The position numbers and the translations under genes were made by a program. Source: Patescibacteria group bacterium (GTDB lineage: Bacteria; Patescibacteriota; Patescibacteriia; Patescibacteriales; GWC2-42-12). From it: DNA of 64,000 nucleotides. Of this stretch, positions 16,596 through 26,323 are shown one piece after another (within the stretch, counting starts at the first letter, position 1; each line of letters begins with the position of its first letter). The stretch is from NCBI GenBank assembly GCA_041662965.1, contig JBAZRI010000001.1, forward strand, positions 227,680-291,679, read 5' to 3'. Below the pieces are notes generated by a model. That model did not search any database and had not been told where the DNA came from. It worked only from the letters and a program-made list of their open reading frames with translations.

Positions 16596-17090
16596 TTATT
16601 CGTTTAAAAAACCAGTAGGATCAGTACAAACTTTATAGTTTTGGGGAGATTGCAGTTTCTTATTAAGTAAATAATTTTTGCCGCCTTCTTCTCCCCTGAG
16701 GATCACGATAGCATCTGTTACTTTGTAGCCTTGCCATTTATTCTCCGGTCGTGGCGAATAGTGTGTGTAGTATATAGCATCTACTATATCTGCTATATCT
16801 ACAAATTCAATTTCCTCTGTCTGCTGGCCCTGGTAGCGAACTATAGTATATTCGATGTCATGATATTTTTGCATACTGTCTGTTTTCCACTCAGCAGGTT
16901 CCTGGTCGCAGGCTACTCCACAAACAACGACATAATAGTCTGGTTTAGGGAAATAAGAAAGCATTTCTGAGGTACTGGCGCCCTTGTTAACTTTTTTTAT
17001 CTCTTCTGAAGCGTAGGAAATTGAGCACACAACACTTACAAAGAGAACAATCGCCAAAAAAATACTTACGTTACGGATTTTCTTAAACAT
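16596..17090 (-). CDS. Secreted hypothetical protein
   Basis: SD GGGAGG 7 nt upstream, signal peptide MFKKIRNVSIFLAIVLFVSVVCSISYA. Composition differs from the neighbouring low-GC genes. Confidence 0.5.
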   Translation of the reverse strand: MFKKIRNVSIFLAIVLFVSVVCSISYASEEIKKVNKGASTSEMLSYFPKPDYYVVVCGVACDQEPAEWKTDSMQKYHDIEYTIVRYQGQQTEEIEFVDIADIVDAIYYTHYSPRPENKWQGYKVTDAIVILRGEEGGKNYLLNKKLQSPQNYKVCTDPTGFLNE

Positions 17091-17187
17091 GGTTTTTCCT
17101 CCCTAGAATAGGTTAAATATGAATTTTAAAAAAGCAATGAATATTATTGCGAATTGCAATCTTAATTTATATCATATATTGAGTAAT

Positions 17188-18411
17188 ATGTCAAGAGTAT
17201 TAAAAATTCTACAAATAAATAAATTTTATTATTTAAAAGGCGGCAGCGAGCGGCATATGTTTGATATAACTCAAATATTAGAACAAAAAGGCCATGCCGT
17301 AATACCTTTTTCAATGCAAGATCCGAGAAATAAAACCTCTGAATACGATAAATATTTTATAAGCGAAGTAGATTTGAATAAATTCAGCCTGAAAAATATT
17401 GTAAAGTTTTTTTGGAATTACGACGCGGTTAGAAAGCTGGAAATATTAATTAGAAATGAGAAGCCCGATATCGCCCACTTGCATAATATCGCGCACCAGT
17501 TTAGCCCGGCGATTATATATGTTTTAAAAAAGCATAAAATACCCGTTGTCCAGACTTTGCATGATTATAAATTAATTTGCCCCAATTATAAGCTATTTAA
17601 TAAAAATAAGGCTTGCCTGAAATGTTTAAACGGAAAATATTATAATTGCTTTTTGGGCGAGTGCGTGAAAAATTCTTACTTAAAAAGTTTTTTGGCTATG
17701 CTCGAAGCGTATTTATATAAATGGTTAAGAACATATGCTTTGGTTGATTTATTTATCGCTCCCAGCCAGTTTATGAAAGATAAATGCGTTGAATCAGGAA
17801 TCAAGGAAGAAAAAATTAAAATATTAAGACATTTTGTAGATGATAAATATTTTAGTATTAATAGCGAGGTCGGAGATTATCTATTGTATTTCGGCCGCTT
17901 ATCTGATGAAAAAGGAGTTGATATTTTATTTAGGGCCATGCGGGAAACTAATAGCGGGCAGAGATTAAAAATTGTCGGCGCCGGCCCGGATTATGAAAAG
18001 TATAAATTAAAAATTTTGGATAGCCGACTCTCGGAAAAAGTTGAGTTATGCGGGCCTAAATATGATGATGAGCTTATTGGAATCGTTAAACAGGCTAAAG
18101 CCATTATTATGCCGTCAGTTTGGCCGGAGAATATGCCATATAGCCTTTTGGAAGCTATGGCTATGGGAAAAGTAGTTATCGCTTCACGGATCGGCGGCAT
18201 GGCAGAGGTTATAAATGATAAGGCCAACGGATTTTTATTCAGGGCGGGTGGCGAAAAAGAATTAGCCTCGATTATGAACAATTTGGGTAATTGCAATCTA
18301 GAGAAAATCGGTGAAATGGCGAGAGAATCAGCCAGTCGCAATAAAAAAGACGAATACTGCGAAAGTCTTTTGCGTATTTATCAAGGAGCGGAAAGGCAGG
18401 CGCGTTTATGA
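17188..18411 (+). CDS. Glycosyltransferase family 4 (GT-B fold)
   Basis: EAMAMGKVVIASRIGGMAEVINDKANGFLF motif. Start moved to MSRVLKILQINKFYY. TATATT box 7 nt upstream of that ATG. Confidence 0.8.
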   Translation: MSRVLKILQINKFYYLKGGSERHMFDITQILEQKGHAVIPFSMQDPRNKTSEYDKYFISEVDLNKFSLKNIVKFFWNYDAVRKLEILIRNEKPDIAHLHNIAHQFSPAIIYVLKKHKIPVVQTLHDYKLICPNYKLFNKNKACLKCLNGKYYNCFLGECVKNSYLKSFLAMLEAYLYKWLRTYALVDLFIAPSQFMKDKCVESGIKEEKIKILRHFVDDKYFSINSEVGDYLLYFGRLSDEKGVDILFRAMRETNSGQRLKIVGAGPDYEKYKLKILDSRLSEKVELCGPKYDDELIGIVKQAKAIIMPSVWPENMPYSLLEAMAMGKVVIASRIGGMAEVINDKANGFLFRAGGEKELASIMNNLGNCNLEKIGEMARESASRNKKDEYCESLLRIYQGAERQARL

Positions 18412-20441
18412 TAATTAACAATCATAAAAAAATATTAATTTTTTTTCTTAGTTTATTATTAAACCTTGGTTTGTTTAGCGATACGGCATCGGCGGAAATT
18501 AAAAGTGATTATCCCAAAATCGCCAATTATTATCTTCAGCCATGGATGCCGGCTGAAGACGCGGACGAATTATATAAATACGATTTAATTATTCTTGACG
18601 CGGACGTTGATACGGTAAATCCGGAGCTTATTCCCGGTATAAAAAAGAAAAACCCAAAAGCTATAATACTTGCTTATATTCCTGCCCAGGGAGTTAATAC
18701 CGAGGACTTAAATTCATGGGCAAAACTAAGAAGAGAAGAATATAAAATAATTAAAGACAATGATTGGTGGTTAAAAGACAGCCGGGGCGATATAATTAAT
18801 TTTTCAAATATTTGGCCGAATATTAAGTTTGTTGATCCGGGCAAAGGCTGGGCTGATTATTTATCCACGGCCGCGAAAAATGAATTATCCGACAACACTT
18901 ACTGGGATGGAATTTTTTATGACATGATGTTTGCTAATTTGGGATGGCTGAATAATGGAGATATAGATATAAATCAGGACGGTAAGAAGGATGATATAAG
19001 CTTGGTGAATCAGTATTGGCAAAAGCAGATGAATGATTTGCTTAAAAAAACCAAAGATAAGATCGGCGGCAAATTGCTTTTGGCGAATGTTGATATAGTC
19101 GATAAGTATGCCGGGTTGCTTAACGGCACGATGATGGAAAATTTTCCGGCTGCTTGGCTGGGTAAAAACGGCTGGTCGATATTAACTGATCAATATGTAA
19201 ATAATCTGCCTTTGATTAATCAATTTCCGAATATTTATATTATTAATTCAAATTTGAATAATGCCGAAGTGATGAGCGATTTTTCCGCCATGCGCTTCGG
19301 TTTAACCAGCACTCTGCTCGGCGGCGGTTATTATTCTTTTGATTACGGCGATCAGGATCATTCTCAAAATTGGTGGTACGATGAGTATGATGTAAATTTA
19401 GGCATATCGATGTCGAACCCCTACAACCTGCTGAACAGAAGCAGCCAGGCCGTGAAACTTGGGCTATGGCGCAGGGATTTTGAATTCGGTGTTTCAATAG
19501 TAAATTCAACCAGCGAGAAGCAAAGGTATATTTTTTTAAAAGAGGAATTTGAGAAAATTAACGGCGCCCAGGACAGAAGAGTAAATAATGGAACTAAAGT
19601 TAATTATATAGACCTAGAGCCTAAAGACGGCGTTGTATTATTGAAAATTGATAATATGATTAAGGAAAACAGCTTCAACAACGGCAGTTTTGTCCGTGTT
19701 TTTAACCAAGCCGGAGATCAGACAAGAAACGGTTTTTTTTCATATCTTGATAGTTATTCCGGCAGCGTTACTGTTTTAAATAGCGATATTGATAATGACG
19801 GCAGAATTGAGACCCTGGTCAACGGCCAAGGCGTGATTACAATATACAAAGACGGGAAAGCAGTTTCAAATTTTTGCGTTTATGATAGAAAATTTAATGG
19901 GGATGTTTCATTCGCCGTCGGCGATCTTAACGGCGACGGCACCAAAGAGATTATCACCGGAGCCGGACCGGGCGGCGGCCCTCAGGTGCGGATATTTTCA
20001 AAGGACGGCCGGCCTCTAACCGGCGGATTTTTCGCCTATGATAAAAATTTCCGCGGCGGAGTGAATGTGGCGGTTATAGATCTTAACGGCGACGGCACCA
20101 AAGAGATTATCACCGGAGCCGGACCGGGCGGCGGTCCTCAGGTGCGGGTATTTTCAAAGGACGGCCGGCCTCTAAACGGCGGATTTTTCGCTTATGATAA
20201 AAATTTCCGCGGCGGAGTAGATTTGGCAGTCGGTGATCTTGATGGCGACGGCACCAAAGAGATTATTGCCGGAGCCGGGCCGGGAGGCGCGCCTGAAGTA
20301 AAAATTTTTAGCAAAGACGGTAAATTATCAAGCGCTTTTATGGCTTATAACCACAACGATAAAAATGGTATAATGGTAATGTCTAATGATATCAATAGTG
20401 ATAAGGTGGATGAAATTTTGGTAAGTTTAAGAGGGAATTAA
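18408..20441 (+). CDS. Secreted protein: N-terminal putative glycoside-hydrolase-like domain plus C-terminal FG-GAP/VCBS-type repeats
   Basis: Signal peptide. YPKIANYYL..DLIILDADV region (weak GHL-type resemblance). Repeats GDLNGDGTKEIITGAGPGGGPQVR.FSKDGRPL.GGFFAYDKNFRGG. Confidence 0.6.
   Translation: MIINNHKKILIFFLSLLLNLGLFSDTASAEIKSDYPKIANYYLQPWMPAEDADELYKYDLIILDADVDTVNPELIPGIKKKNPKAIILAYIPAQGVNTEDLNSWAKLRREEYKIIKDNDWWLKDSRGDIINFSNIWPNIKFVDPGKGWADYLSTAAKNELSDNTYWDGIFYDMMFANLGWLNNGDIDINQDGKKDDISLVNQYWQKQMNDLLKKTKDKIGGKLLLANVDIVDKYAGLLNGTMMENFPAAWLGKNGWSILTDQYVNNLPLINQFPNIYIINSNLNNAEVMSDFSAMRFGLTSTLLGGGYYSFDYGDQDHSQNWWYDEYDVNLGISMSNPYNLLNRSSQAVKLGLWRRDFEFGVSIVNSTSEKQRYIFLKEEFEKINGAQDRRVNNGTKVNYIDLEPKDGVVLLKIDNMIKENSFNNGSFVRVFNQAGDQTRNGFFSYLDSYSGSVTVLNSDIDNDGRIETLVNGQGVITIYKDGKAVSNFCVYDRKFNGDVSFAVGDLNGDGTKEIITGAGPGGGPQVRIFSKDGRPLTGGFFAYDKNFRGGVNVAVIDLNGDGTKEIITGAGPGGGPQVRVFSKDGRPLNGGFFAYDKNFRGGVDLAVGDLDGDGTKEIIAGAGPGGAPEVKIFSKDGKLSSAFMAYNHNDKNGIMVMSNDINSDKVDEILVSLRGN
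19923..20390 (+). repeat. Three tandem 156-bp near-identical coding repeats (52-aa FG-GAP-like units)
   Basis: gatcttaacggcgacggcaccaaagagattatcaccggagcc recurs at 19923, 20079 and 20235. The first two copies are almost identical at the DNA level. Confidence 0.85.
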
Positions 20442-20460
20442 TTATATAAATTTTAAATAT

Positions 20461-22326
20461 ATGAATATGCCAAACAATGATAATAACAAAAAAGAATATA
20501 GCCAAGAAGAAGGCAACTTAGAGATAGTAAAGATTAATAAAAACAATAATGCTATCGCCGTAGATAACTGCGCTCCTGGCGTTAAAAGGAGCGGCAATAT
20601 AATTATCGGCACCCTTAATGTTTTTACGTGCCCATTTAAAAAAAGGCATGCTAAATATTATAAAGAAAGTACTTTTCATTTGGTAGCGGATATAATTTTA
20701 GCATTGATAATTTTTGGTTTGATTGGCATTTTGTGCTGGTTGGTATTTTTTGAGCCGGGGCAGAAGATGCTTTTAGAGTCTAAGTATTTAAGCGACAAGA
20801 TCACCAGCGGCCAGATGGAAACTTTCGAAATTAAATATATTAATAAATCCCAAGAAGAGTATCAAAACACTTCTTTGGCCGTTATTATGCCGGAAAATTT
20901 TATTTTAGATTCTGTGTCGCCGGAAAATGTATTTGATAATAATACAAATACTTTCCATCTCGGTAATTTAACGGCAGGCGGGAACGGCAAAGTAAAAATT
21001 AAGGGTATAATTTTGGGCGACCTTGGCAGCCAACAGACTTTAGCGTATATTTTTAATTATTATTATAAAGGCAGTCAGGAAAACGTGATAAATTCGTTAA
21101 TTTATAATATTGAAGATTCTGCCTTAGACGTTAAGCTGATTTTGCCTAATAGAATTTTTCAGGGCGTCGAATTCTTCGGGAACATAGATTTGTCCCTTAA
21201 TTCAGATATAAATTTTGAGGAAATTAAGTTAGAATTTAGTGATAATTTAGAAATTATCTCGGGAGAAGCGGTAAAAAAAGATAATGATATTTTAATCAAT
21301 GAAATAAAGCCCGGAGAAAAAAAACAAATAAGTTTTAAAGCTATGGCTAATCGGGGAGGCCCGCAGGATTTTGAATTAACGGCCAGCGCTTTATTTAATA
21401 ATAAGAATTTAAAGCAGAGTTTAATTAAAGAAAAAAGAGATATTCAAAAATCAAAATTTATAGTTTCAATTAATACTGATCAGGAGATTATCAAAGACAA
21501 AGAGGCGGTAAATTACGTAGTAAGTTTTATAAATGATGAAACGGAAAAGATTAGCAATGTAAATTTTTATTTTGTTTCCGGTAATAATAATTATCGCCTA
21601 GGTAATTTTAATATTACCTATCCCGGGAGTTGCGATATAACAGCCGAAAAATTTACGGCCAGTAAAACTGAATTATCTCCCGGGGAAAGTGAACGGATTG
21701 AGTTAAGCGCTAGCTTTATAAATTATAAAAGGGATTTTAATCAGGAAGTATATTTATCAGCGGTAGTAAGTTATGAAATTAACGGAGAAAAATTAAAAAA
21801 AGTTATTTATTCTCCTAAAGTTAAAATTTTATCAAATCTTAATGTTTCCGCGGCGGGTTATTATTATAGCCGGGAGGGGGACCAGCTGGGGGTAGGCCCT
21901 TTACCGCCTACCGTAGATATGCTGACAAATTATTGGATTTTCTTTGATATCGGTAATTTTGGCAATGACCTTGAAGATATTAATATTGTTGCCCAGCTCG
22001 GCAAGGATGTAATCTGGGGTGATGATAAAAGTCTCTTGGCCGGGGAATTATATTTTGGGCAAGAATCAGGCAGGATTGTTTGGAATATCAACACTTTTGG
22101 TAAAAACGAGAGTAATAAAAAGGCCGGTTTTAAAATCGGGATAATACCAAAATCCAATGATATCGGGAAAATATCAACTTTATTGGAAAATATTGAATAT
22201 AGCGCATATGATAAATTCTGCAATAAAAAAATTTCTGGCTCTTTGAGCGATATTACCACTGATTTGGTTATGGATAAATTGGCGTCAGGCAAGAGCAAGG
22301 TTATTAGCAGACCATTGACAGATTAA
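20461..22326 (+). CDS. Membrane-anchored surface protein with Ig-like (DUF11/CARDB-like) repeats, function unknown
   Basis: Single TM (ILALIIFGLIGILCWLVFF) after a ~75-aa N-terminal region. Beta-rich repeated segments follow. No family firmly recognised. Confidence 0.45.
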   Translation: MNMPNNDNNKKEYSQEEGNLEIVKINKNNNAIAVDNCAPGVKRSGNIIIGTLNVFTCPFKKRHAKYYKESTFHLVADIILALIIFGLIGILCWLVFFEPGQKMLLESKYLSDKITSGQMETFEIKYINKSQEEYQNTSLAVIMPENFILDSVSPENVFDNNTNTFHLGNLTAGGNGKVKIKGIILGDLGSQQTLAYIFNYYYKGSQENVINSLIYNIEDSALDVKLILPNRIFQGVEFFGNIDLSLNSDINFEEIKLEFSDNLEIISGEAVKKDNDILINEIKPGEKKQISFKAMANRGGPQDFELTASALFNNKNLKQSLIKEKRDIQKSKFIVSINTDQEIIKDKEAVNYVVSFINDETEKISNVNFYFVSGNNNYRLGNFNITYPGSCDITAEKFTASKTELSPGESERIELSASFINYKRDFNQEVYLSAVVSYEINGEKLKKVIYSPKVKILSNLNVSAAGYYYSREGDQLGVGPLPPTVDMLTNYWIFFDIGNFGNDLEDINIVAQLGKDVIWGDDKSLLAGELYFGQESGRIVWNINTFGKNESNKKAGFKIGIIPKSNDIGKISTLLENIEYSAYDKFCNKKISGSLSDITTDLVMDKLASGKSKVISRPLTD

Positions 22327-22498
22327 TTTTATTATGGTAAGTTCCTTAGTTAAAAGCATGAAACATTAACTTATATAAAAATACATTTTATTGTTGAATA
22401 TTAGTCAATAAATTAAGAAATCATAGAAAAAATAGAAATAATTTCTGCCAGCGGTCTATAATGTATCGCAACAAGTGAATAAACAATTATTTAATATT

Positions 22499-23806
22499 AT
22501 GAACACAAATATGAACATAAATAAGCTAAAAATTACATCAACAACGGTCATTATAATAATATCCATAGCCGCGATATTATTTTATGCTAATCTTTCTCTT
22601 GGCAAAGCTCGGCCATATTATTCCGGCCAAGCCATTCGTTTTCAGAATAAAATAGTATTCGCCACTGTGAACACAGGAGAGTTTGAATTATTCGTTTTAG
22701 ATAATAACAAAATAATTAAAACCGCTTCTATTTCTAACGCTTACGGATATGACTCGGGAAATAAAGCTTTTGATAGCCAAGTAATGAAACAGGAGGCCGA
22801 TAGGCTGTATGCTTATTTGGTTAACGGGGCATATTTATATAAATATGATATTACCGATCCTTTTTCGCCTAAGCTAGAAACAAGGGTTAAAGATAATTCC
22901 TGGGACTGGTTTACTAGTTTAAGCAAGGCGGGAAACTATATAATTTCCAAGGGCACTAAGGGTATTAAAGCTTGGAACAGCAATTTAGATATTATTAACG
23001 CGTATAATATAATCAATAGTGGTTATTCGGATAATTTGAGATTATCGGAGACAATGAAATATATTTATAATATTGACGGCGATAAATTGCAGATCTATTC
23101 ATCAGAAAAAAGAGATTTGTTAAAAGAGATAAAGTTTTTTTTAAACGAAGAGCATGTCAGAAAATTATATAATGACGAAAAGGCAGGCTTAGTTTATATG
23201 GTTGATGACCAAGCGTTAAGGGCTTATGATTTAGGCGGTGTTCTAAAGAAAGAATTTAAGCATATATCTAAACTAGGGTATGATGTCGCCGCTTTAGATA
23301 ATAGCAAATATTTATACTTTTCCGATGGCGTCGGAATCGTTAAGGCGAAAAAGAGCGATTTAAAACCGGTTGATTGGATTTTTACTACAAAACTGGAGAT
23401 TGAAAACGGCTGGGCCATGGGCCTGGATGTAGCCATGGATAAAGACGGAGAAAAAGTTTTTGTTTTTAACGAGTCAAGCATATTAGTTTTAGATGAGGAT
23501 CTAAAGTTAGTGGATTATTATTTGGCGAGTGGAGATAGCAGCAAGCCAATTGAATCTTTATATTTGAATTATGATAAAAAAAGCAGTTCGCCAGGGGAAT
23601 ATATTGCTTTATCCGGCGGCGGATATGGGCTGAATGAGCCGTTGCAGATAATATTTGCCGGAACCGAAATTAATGCCACGAGTAACAAAAATGGAAAATT
23701 TAAGGAAATAATTAAAGCGCCGTCAGTTTTACCTGGCAATGTGCAAATAACAGTGAATGGAGTTAATTCCGGCCGAACTTATAGCATCAGTTTTGTAATT
23801 AATTAA
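22499..23806 (+). CDS. Membrane-anchored beta-propeller-like surface protein with a C-terminal Ig/IPT-like domain
   Basis: N-terminal anchor TTVIIIISIAAILFY. The tracked ORF starts at a GTG (22475); the in-frame ATG at 22499 is preferred. No family firmly recognised. Confidence 0.4.
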   Translation: MNTNMNINKLKITSTTVIIIISIAAILFYANLSLGKARPYYSGQAIRFQNKIVFATVNTGEFELFVLDNNKIIKTASISNAYGYDSGNKAFDSQVMKQEADRLYAYLVNGAYLYKYDITDPFSPKLETRVKDNSWDWFTSLSKAGNYIISKGTKGIKAWNSNLDIINAYNIINSGYSDNLRLSETMKYIYNIDGDKLQIYSSEKRDLLKEIKFFLNEEHVRKLYNDEKAGLVYMVDDQALRAYDLGGVLKKEFKHISKLGYDVAALDNSKYLYFSDGVGIVKAKKSDLKPVDWIFTTKLEIENGWAMGLDVAMDKDGEKVFVFNESSILVLDEDLKLVDYYLASGDSSKPIESLYLNYDKKSSSPGEYIALSGGGYGLNEPLQIIFAGTEINATSNKNGKFKEIIKAPSVLPGNVQITVNGVNSGRTYSISFVIN

Positions 23807-23808
23807 TT

Positions 23809-24987
23809 ATGAAAATATATTTTATCGGTCAAAAAGGCATACCGTCAAAATTCGGCGGAGTGGAAAAGCACGTGGAAGAGCTGTCCTCGCGCCTGGTTAA
23901 GGCCGGGCATGAAGTTTTCGTTTATACTCGGCCCAACTATACCGATAAAAATTTGAAAAAATATCGGGGAGTTAATTTAATCAGTTTGCCTGCTATCGCG
24001 ACTAAACATCTGGACGCCATTACTCATACTTTCCGCGCTTGCTTGGATTTAACAAGGCGCGAGGCAGATATTATTCATTTTCATTCCATCGGCCCGTCAT
24101 CTTTAATTTGGCTGGCTAAATTATTAAAGCCGGGCGTGCCGGTTATTTTTACCTTTCATACAAAATGCTATGAGCATAAGAAATGGGGGGCATTAGCTAA
24201 GGCGTGCTTAAAAATAGGCGAGGCAATCGCCTGCCATTTAGCGGATAAGGTAATAGTGATTTCGCCGTCGCTGGCCGAATACACCTTGGCTAAATATAAA
24301 GTTAGCGCGGCTTACGCTCCTAATGGAGTCAGCCTGCCTAGAATAGTTAAAGCTGATAAAATAAAAAAATGGGGGTTGAGAGAAGGCAATTATATTTTAA
24401 CGGTCACTAGATTAGTCGGCCATAAGGGCGTGCAGTATTTAATCGGCGCTTATAAAAATTTGAAGACTAAAAAGAAATTAGTCATAGTGGGCGACGGCGC
24501 TTATACGGATAATTATGTTAAAGAATTAAAAGCGGCGGCTCAAGGCAACAAAAATATAATTTTTACCGGCAATCAAACCGGCCCGGAGCTGGCAGAGTTA
24601 TTTTCTAACGCTTATCTTTTCGTCCAGCCTTCCGAGTCGGAAGGTTTATCTATCGCTCTGCTTGAAGCTATGGCCTATAAAAATTGCGCGCTAGTCAGCG
24701 ATATTATAGAAAATAAATATGTGGTCGCGGATTGCGGGTTTATTTTTAAAAATAAAAATATAAAAAGCTTGCGACTGAAATTATCGTATTTGCTGAAACA
24801 GCCTAAGTTGGCGGATAAGTGCGGCCAATCAGCCAGAGCAAGAGTCAGCGGAAATTTTAATTGGTCTAAGATAGTTTTTTCCATAATAAAAATCTATCGT
24901 CAATCTTCAGCCGAAAAGAATAAGCAGCCGAAATATTTTTTTAAATTAAAGTTAGCCAGGAGAATAGCAACTATGTTTATGCTATAA
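23809..24987 (+). CDS. Glycosyltransferase family 4
   Basis: KFGGVEKHVEELS N-terminal motif and ESEGLSIALLEAMAYKNCALVSD motif. Confidence 0.8.
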   Translation: MKIYFIGQKGIPSKFGGVEKHVEELSSRLVKAGHEVFVYTRPNYTDKNLKKYRGVNLISLPAIATKHLDAITHTFRACLDLTRREADIIHFHSIGPSSLIWLAKLLKPGVPVIFTFHTKCYEHKKWGALAKACLKIGEAIACHLADKVIVISPSLAEYTLAKYKVSAAYAPNGVSLPRIVKADKIKKWGLREGNYILTVTRLVGHKGVQYLIGAYKNLKTKKKLVIVGDGAYTDNYVKELKAAAQGNKNIIFTGNQTGPELAELFSNAYLFVQPSESEGLSIALLEAMAYKNCALVSDIIENKYVVADCGFIFKNKNIKSLRLKLSYLLKQPKLADKCGQSARARVSGNFNWSKIVFSIIKIYRQSSAEKNKQPKYFFKLKLARRIATMFML

Positions 24988-24988
24988 T
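24980..24988 (+). promoter_or_regulatory. Extended -10 box (TGcTATAAT) 6 nt upstream of the tsaB-like ATG (leaderless-type spacing)
   Basis: tgctataat then tctagt then ATG at 24995. The box overlaps the stop codon of the upstream GT4 gene. Confidence 0.4.
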
Positions 24989-24994
24989 TCTAGT

Positions 24995-25369
24995 ATGACC
25001 CTATTAATCGACACCACGCAAAAAGATTTGATCGTGATCGGCTTAAAAGATAAAGATAAGCTTATCGCCGTTAAAAAATTCAAGTCGCACCGCACCCAGG
25101 CGGAAAAGCTTTTGCCGGCCATAGGCAGACTGCTTAAAGCCAATAAATTAAAATTAAGCGATCTTAAAAAGATAGAAGTGGAGAATAGGGGAGGCTCGTT
25201 TACTTCGCTGCGCATCGGCGTAGTGACGGCCAACGCTTTGGCTTACGCGCTCGGTATTCCGATATCTGGCGGCAAACAGCCGGAAAAAAGAAGCAAAAAG
25301 CTAGCCGCCGCCGAGCCGATATACGACAGGGAGCCGGAGATTACCAAGAAGAAATCCCGTAGCTCGTAA
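24995..25369 (+). CDS. tsaB: Short TsaB/YeaZ-like protein (N-terminal domain only)
   Basis: LLIDTT ... GGSFTSLRIGVVTANALAYALGIPI motif. The last codons and the stop lie inside a repeat block. Confidence 0.5.
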   Translation: MTLLIDTTQKDLIVIGLKDKDKLIAVKKFKSHRTQAEKLLPAIGRLLKANKLKLSDLKKIEVENRGGSFTSLRIGVVTANALAYALGIPISGGKQPEKRSKKLAAAEPIYDREPEITKKKSRSS

Positions 25370-25426
25370 CCCGCAACTCAAAACTTAAAATCGGGAGCTA
25401 CGAGTTATGGGTTACGAGTTATGAGA
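25358..25426. repeat. ACTCGTAAC/GTTACGAGT-type palindromic repeat cluster
   Basis: gtagctcgtaacccgcaactc ... gggagctacgagttatgggttacgagttatgag. Confidence 0.6.
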
Positions 25427-25484
25427 TTTGTGGATAAACTTGTTGATAACTGCCTGAGAAAAATTGTATAATATTTCAAATAAA

Positions 25485-25515
25485 ACATCCGCCGATAAAT
25501 GACGGATGTTTTTTA
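25485..25515 (+). terminator. Rho-independent terminator
   Basis: ACATCCG-ccgataaatga-CGGATGT followed by ttttt. Confidence 0.65.
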
Positions 25516-25561
25516 TTATTTTTAATTTAACTTTAGCTTAAATTTTAGTGGCGGCTTATCA

Positions 25562-25590
25562 TTGACAAATGGCAAATTGTGGTATATAAT
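25562..25590 (+). promoter_or_regulatory. Consensus sigma-70-type promoter of the dcw cluster (TTGACA, 17-nt spacer, TATAAT)
   Basis: ttgaca aatggcaaattgtggta tataat: both hexamers are perfect. Confidence 0.7.
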
Positions 25591-25625
25591 TATAGTATTA
25601 TGGTGAATGGTGGGGAATTGTGGCG
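25577..25625 (+). promoter_or_regulatory. Cluster of TGTGG/TGGTG repeats overlapping and following the promoter (candidate MraZ operator)
   Basis: tTGTGGt (25578), aTGGTGa (25601), aTGGTGGGG (25608), tTGTGGc (25619). Confidence 0.35.
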
Positions 25626-25853
25626 ATTCATCCGCGAAACTATCTTCAAGTTATTTAAAATAAAAACAAAAAACAAGCCCGCCTCGCTAAAGCTATGGCG
25701 GACAAGCCGGCCAAGACAATAACGCCGGCCAAACAAGGCCTGTTTCGTGCCTAACGAAACAAATTTTAATTAAGGCAAAGAAGGGGTCTTATCAGCGGCT
25801 TGCCGCTGGTCGGACTTCTCGTTAGCCTTAGTTCTAACTTCTTAATTTTTCAC

Positions 25854-26285
25854 ATGTTCATCGGCGAATACAACCATAATTTAGACGATAAAGGCCGAGT
25901 GGCCGTGCCGGTTAAATTCCGCTTTATGCTAAAAGGCGGAGCAGTCGTTACCAAGGGATTGGACAACTGCCTTTTTTTGTATACAAAAAATGAATGGCGG
26001 GAACTGGCCGTTAAGCTGTCTAAATTGCCGATCGGCCAAGCCAACACCCGCGCTTTCGCGCGTTTGATGCTGGCCGGCGCCATGGATGTGGATTTTGATA
26101 ATCAGGGGCGCATTATGCTACCCGAGTATTTAAGGAAGTTCGCCGGCTTAAAGAAAAAGCTGGTGATCGCCGGCCTTTACAGCCGATTGGAAATTTGGGA
26201 CCAAACCGCTTGGAATAAATATAAGCAAGGCACGGAAAAAAAGAGCGTGGATATCGCCGAAGCTTTAGGGGGATTAGGCGTGTAA
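25854..26285 (+). CDS. mraZ: Transcriptional regulator MraZ
   Basis: MFIGEYNHNLDDKGRVAVPVKFR and a second DxxGRxxLP repeat (DNQGRIMLPEYLR). Start moved to the ATG at 25854. Confidence 0.9.
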   Translation: MFIGEYNHNLDDKGRVAVPVKFRFMLKGGAVVTKGLDNCLFLYTKNEWRELAVKLSKLPIGQANTRAFARLMLAGAMDVDFDNQGRIMLPEYLRKFAGLKKKLVIAGLYSRLEIWDQTAWNKYKQGTEKKSVDIAEALGGLGV

Positions 26286-26323
26286 ACCGCCTGGTTAAAT
26301 AATTTTAAAATTAAAATAAAAAA

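Noticed and set aside
19923-20390. Regularly spaced near-identical repeats that could superficially suggest a CRISPR array.
   Set aside because: The period is 156 bp with no unique spacers, and the repeats lie in frame within a long CDS encoding FG-GAP-like units.
25429-25437. A perfect DnaA-box sequence TGTGGATAA here and at 40703-40711, plus near matches at 37167-37176 and 3883-3891. These raised the question of a possible oriC.
   Set aside because: They are single, dispersed boxes with no cluster, no AT-rich unwinding element and no adjacent dnaA or dnaN. Chance, or an unrelated operator, is more likely.
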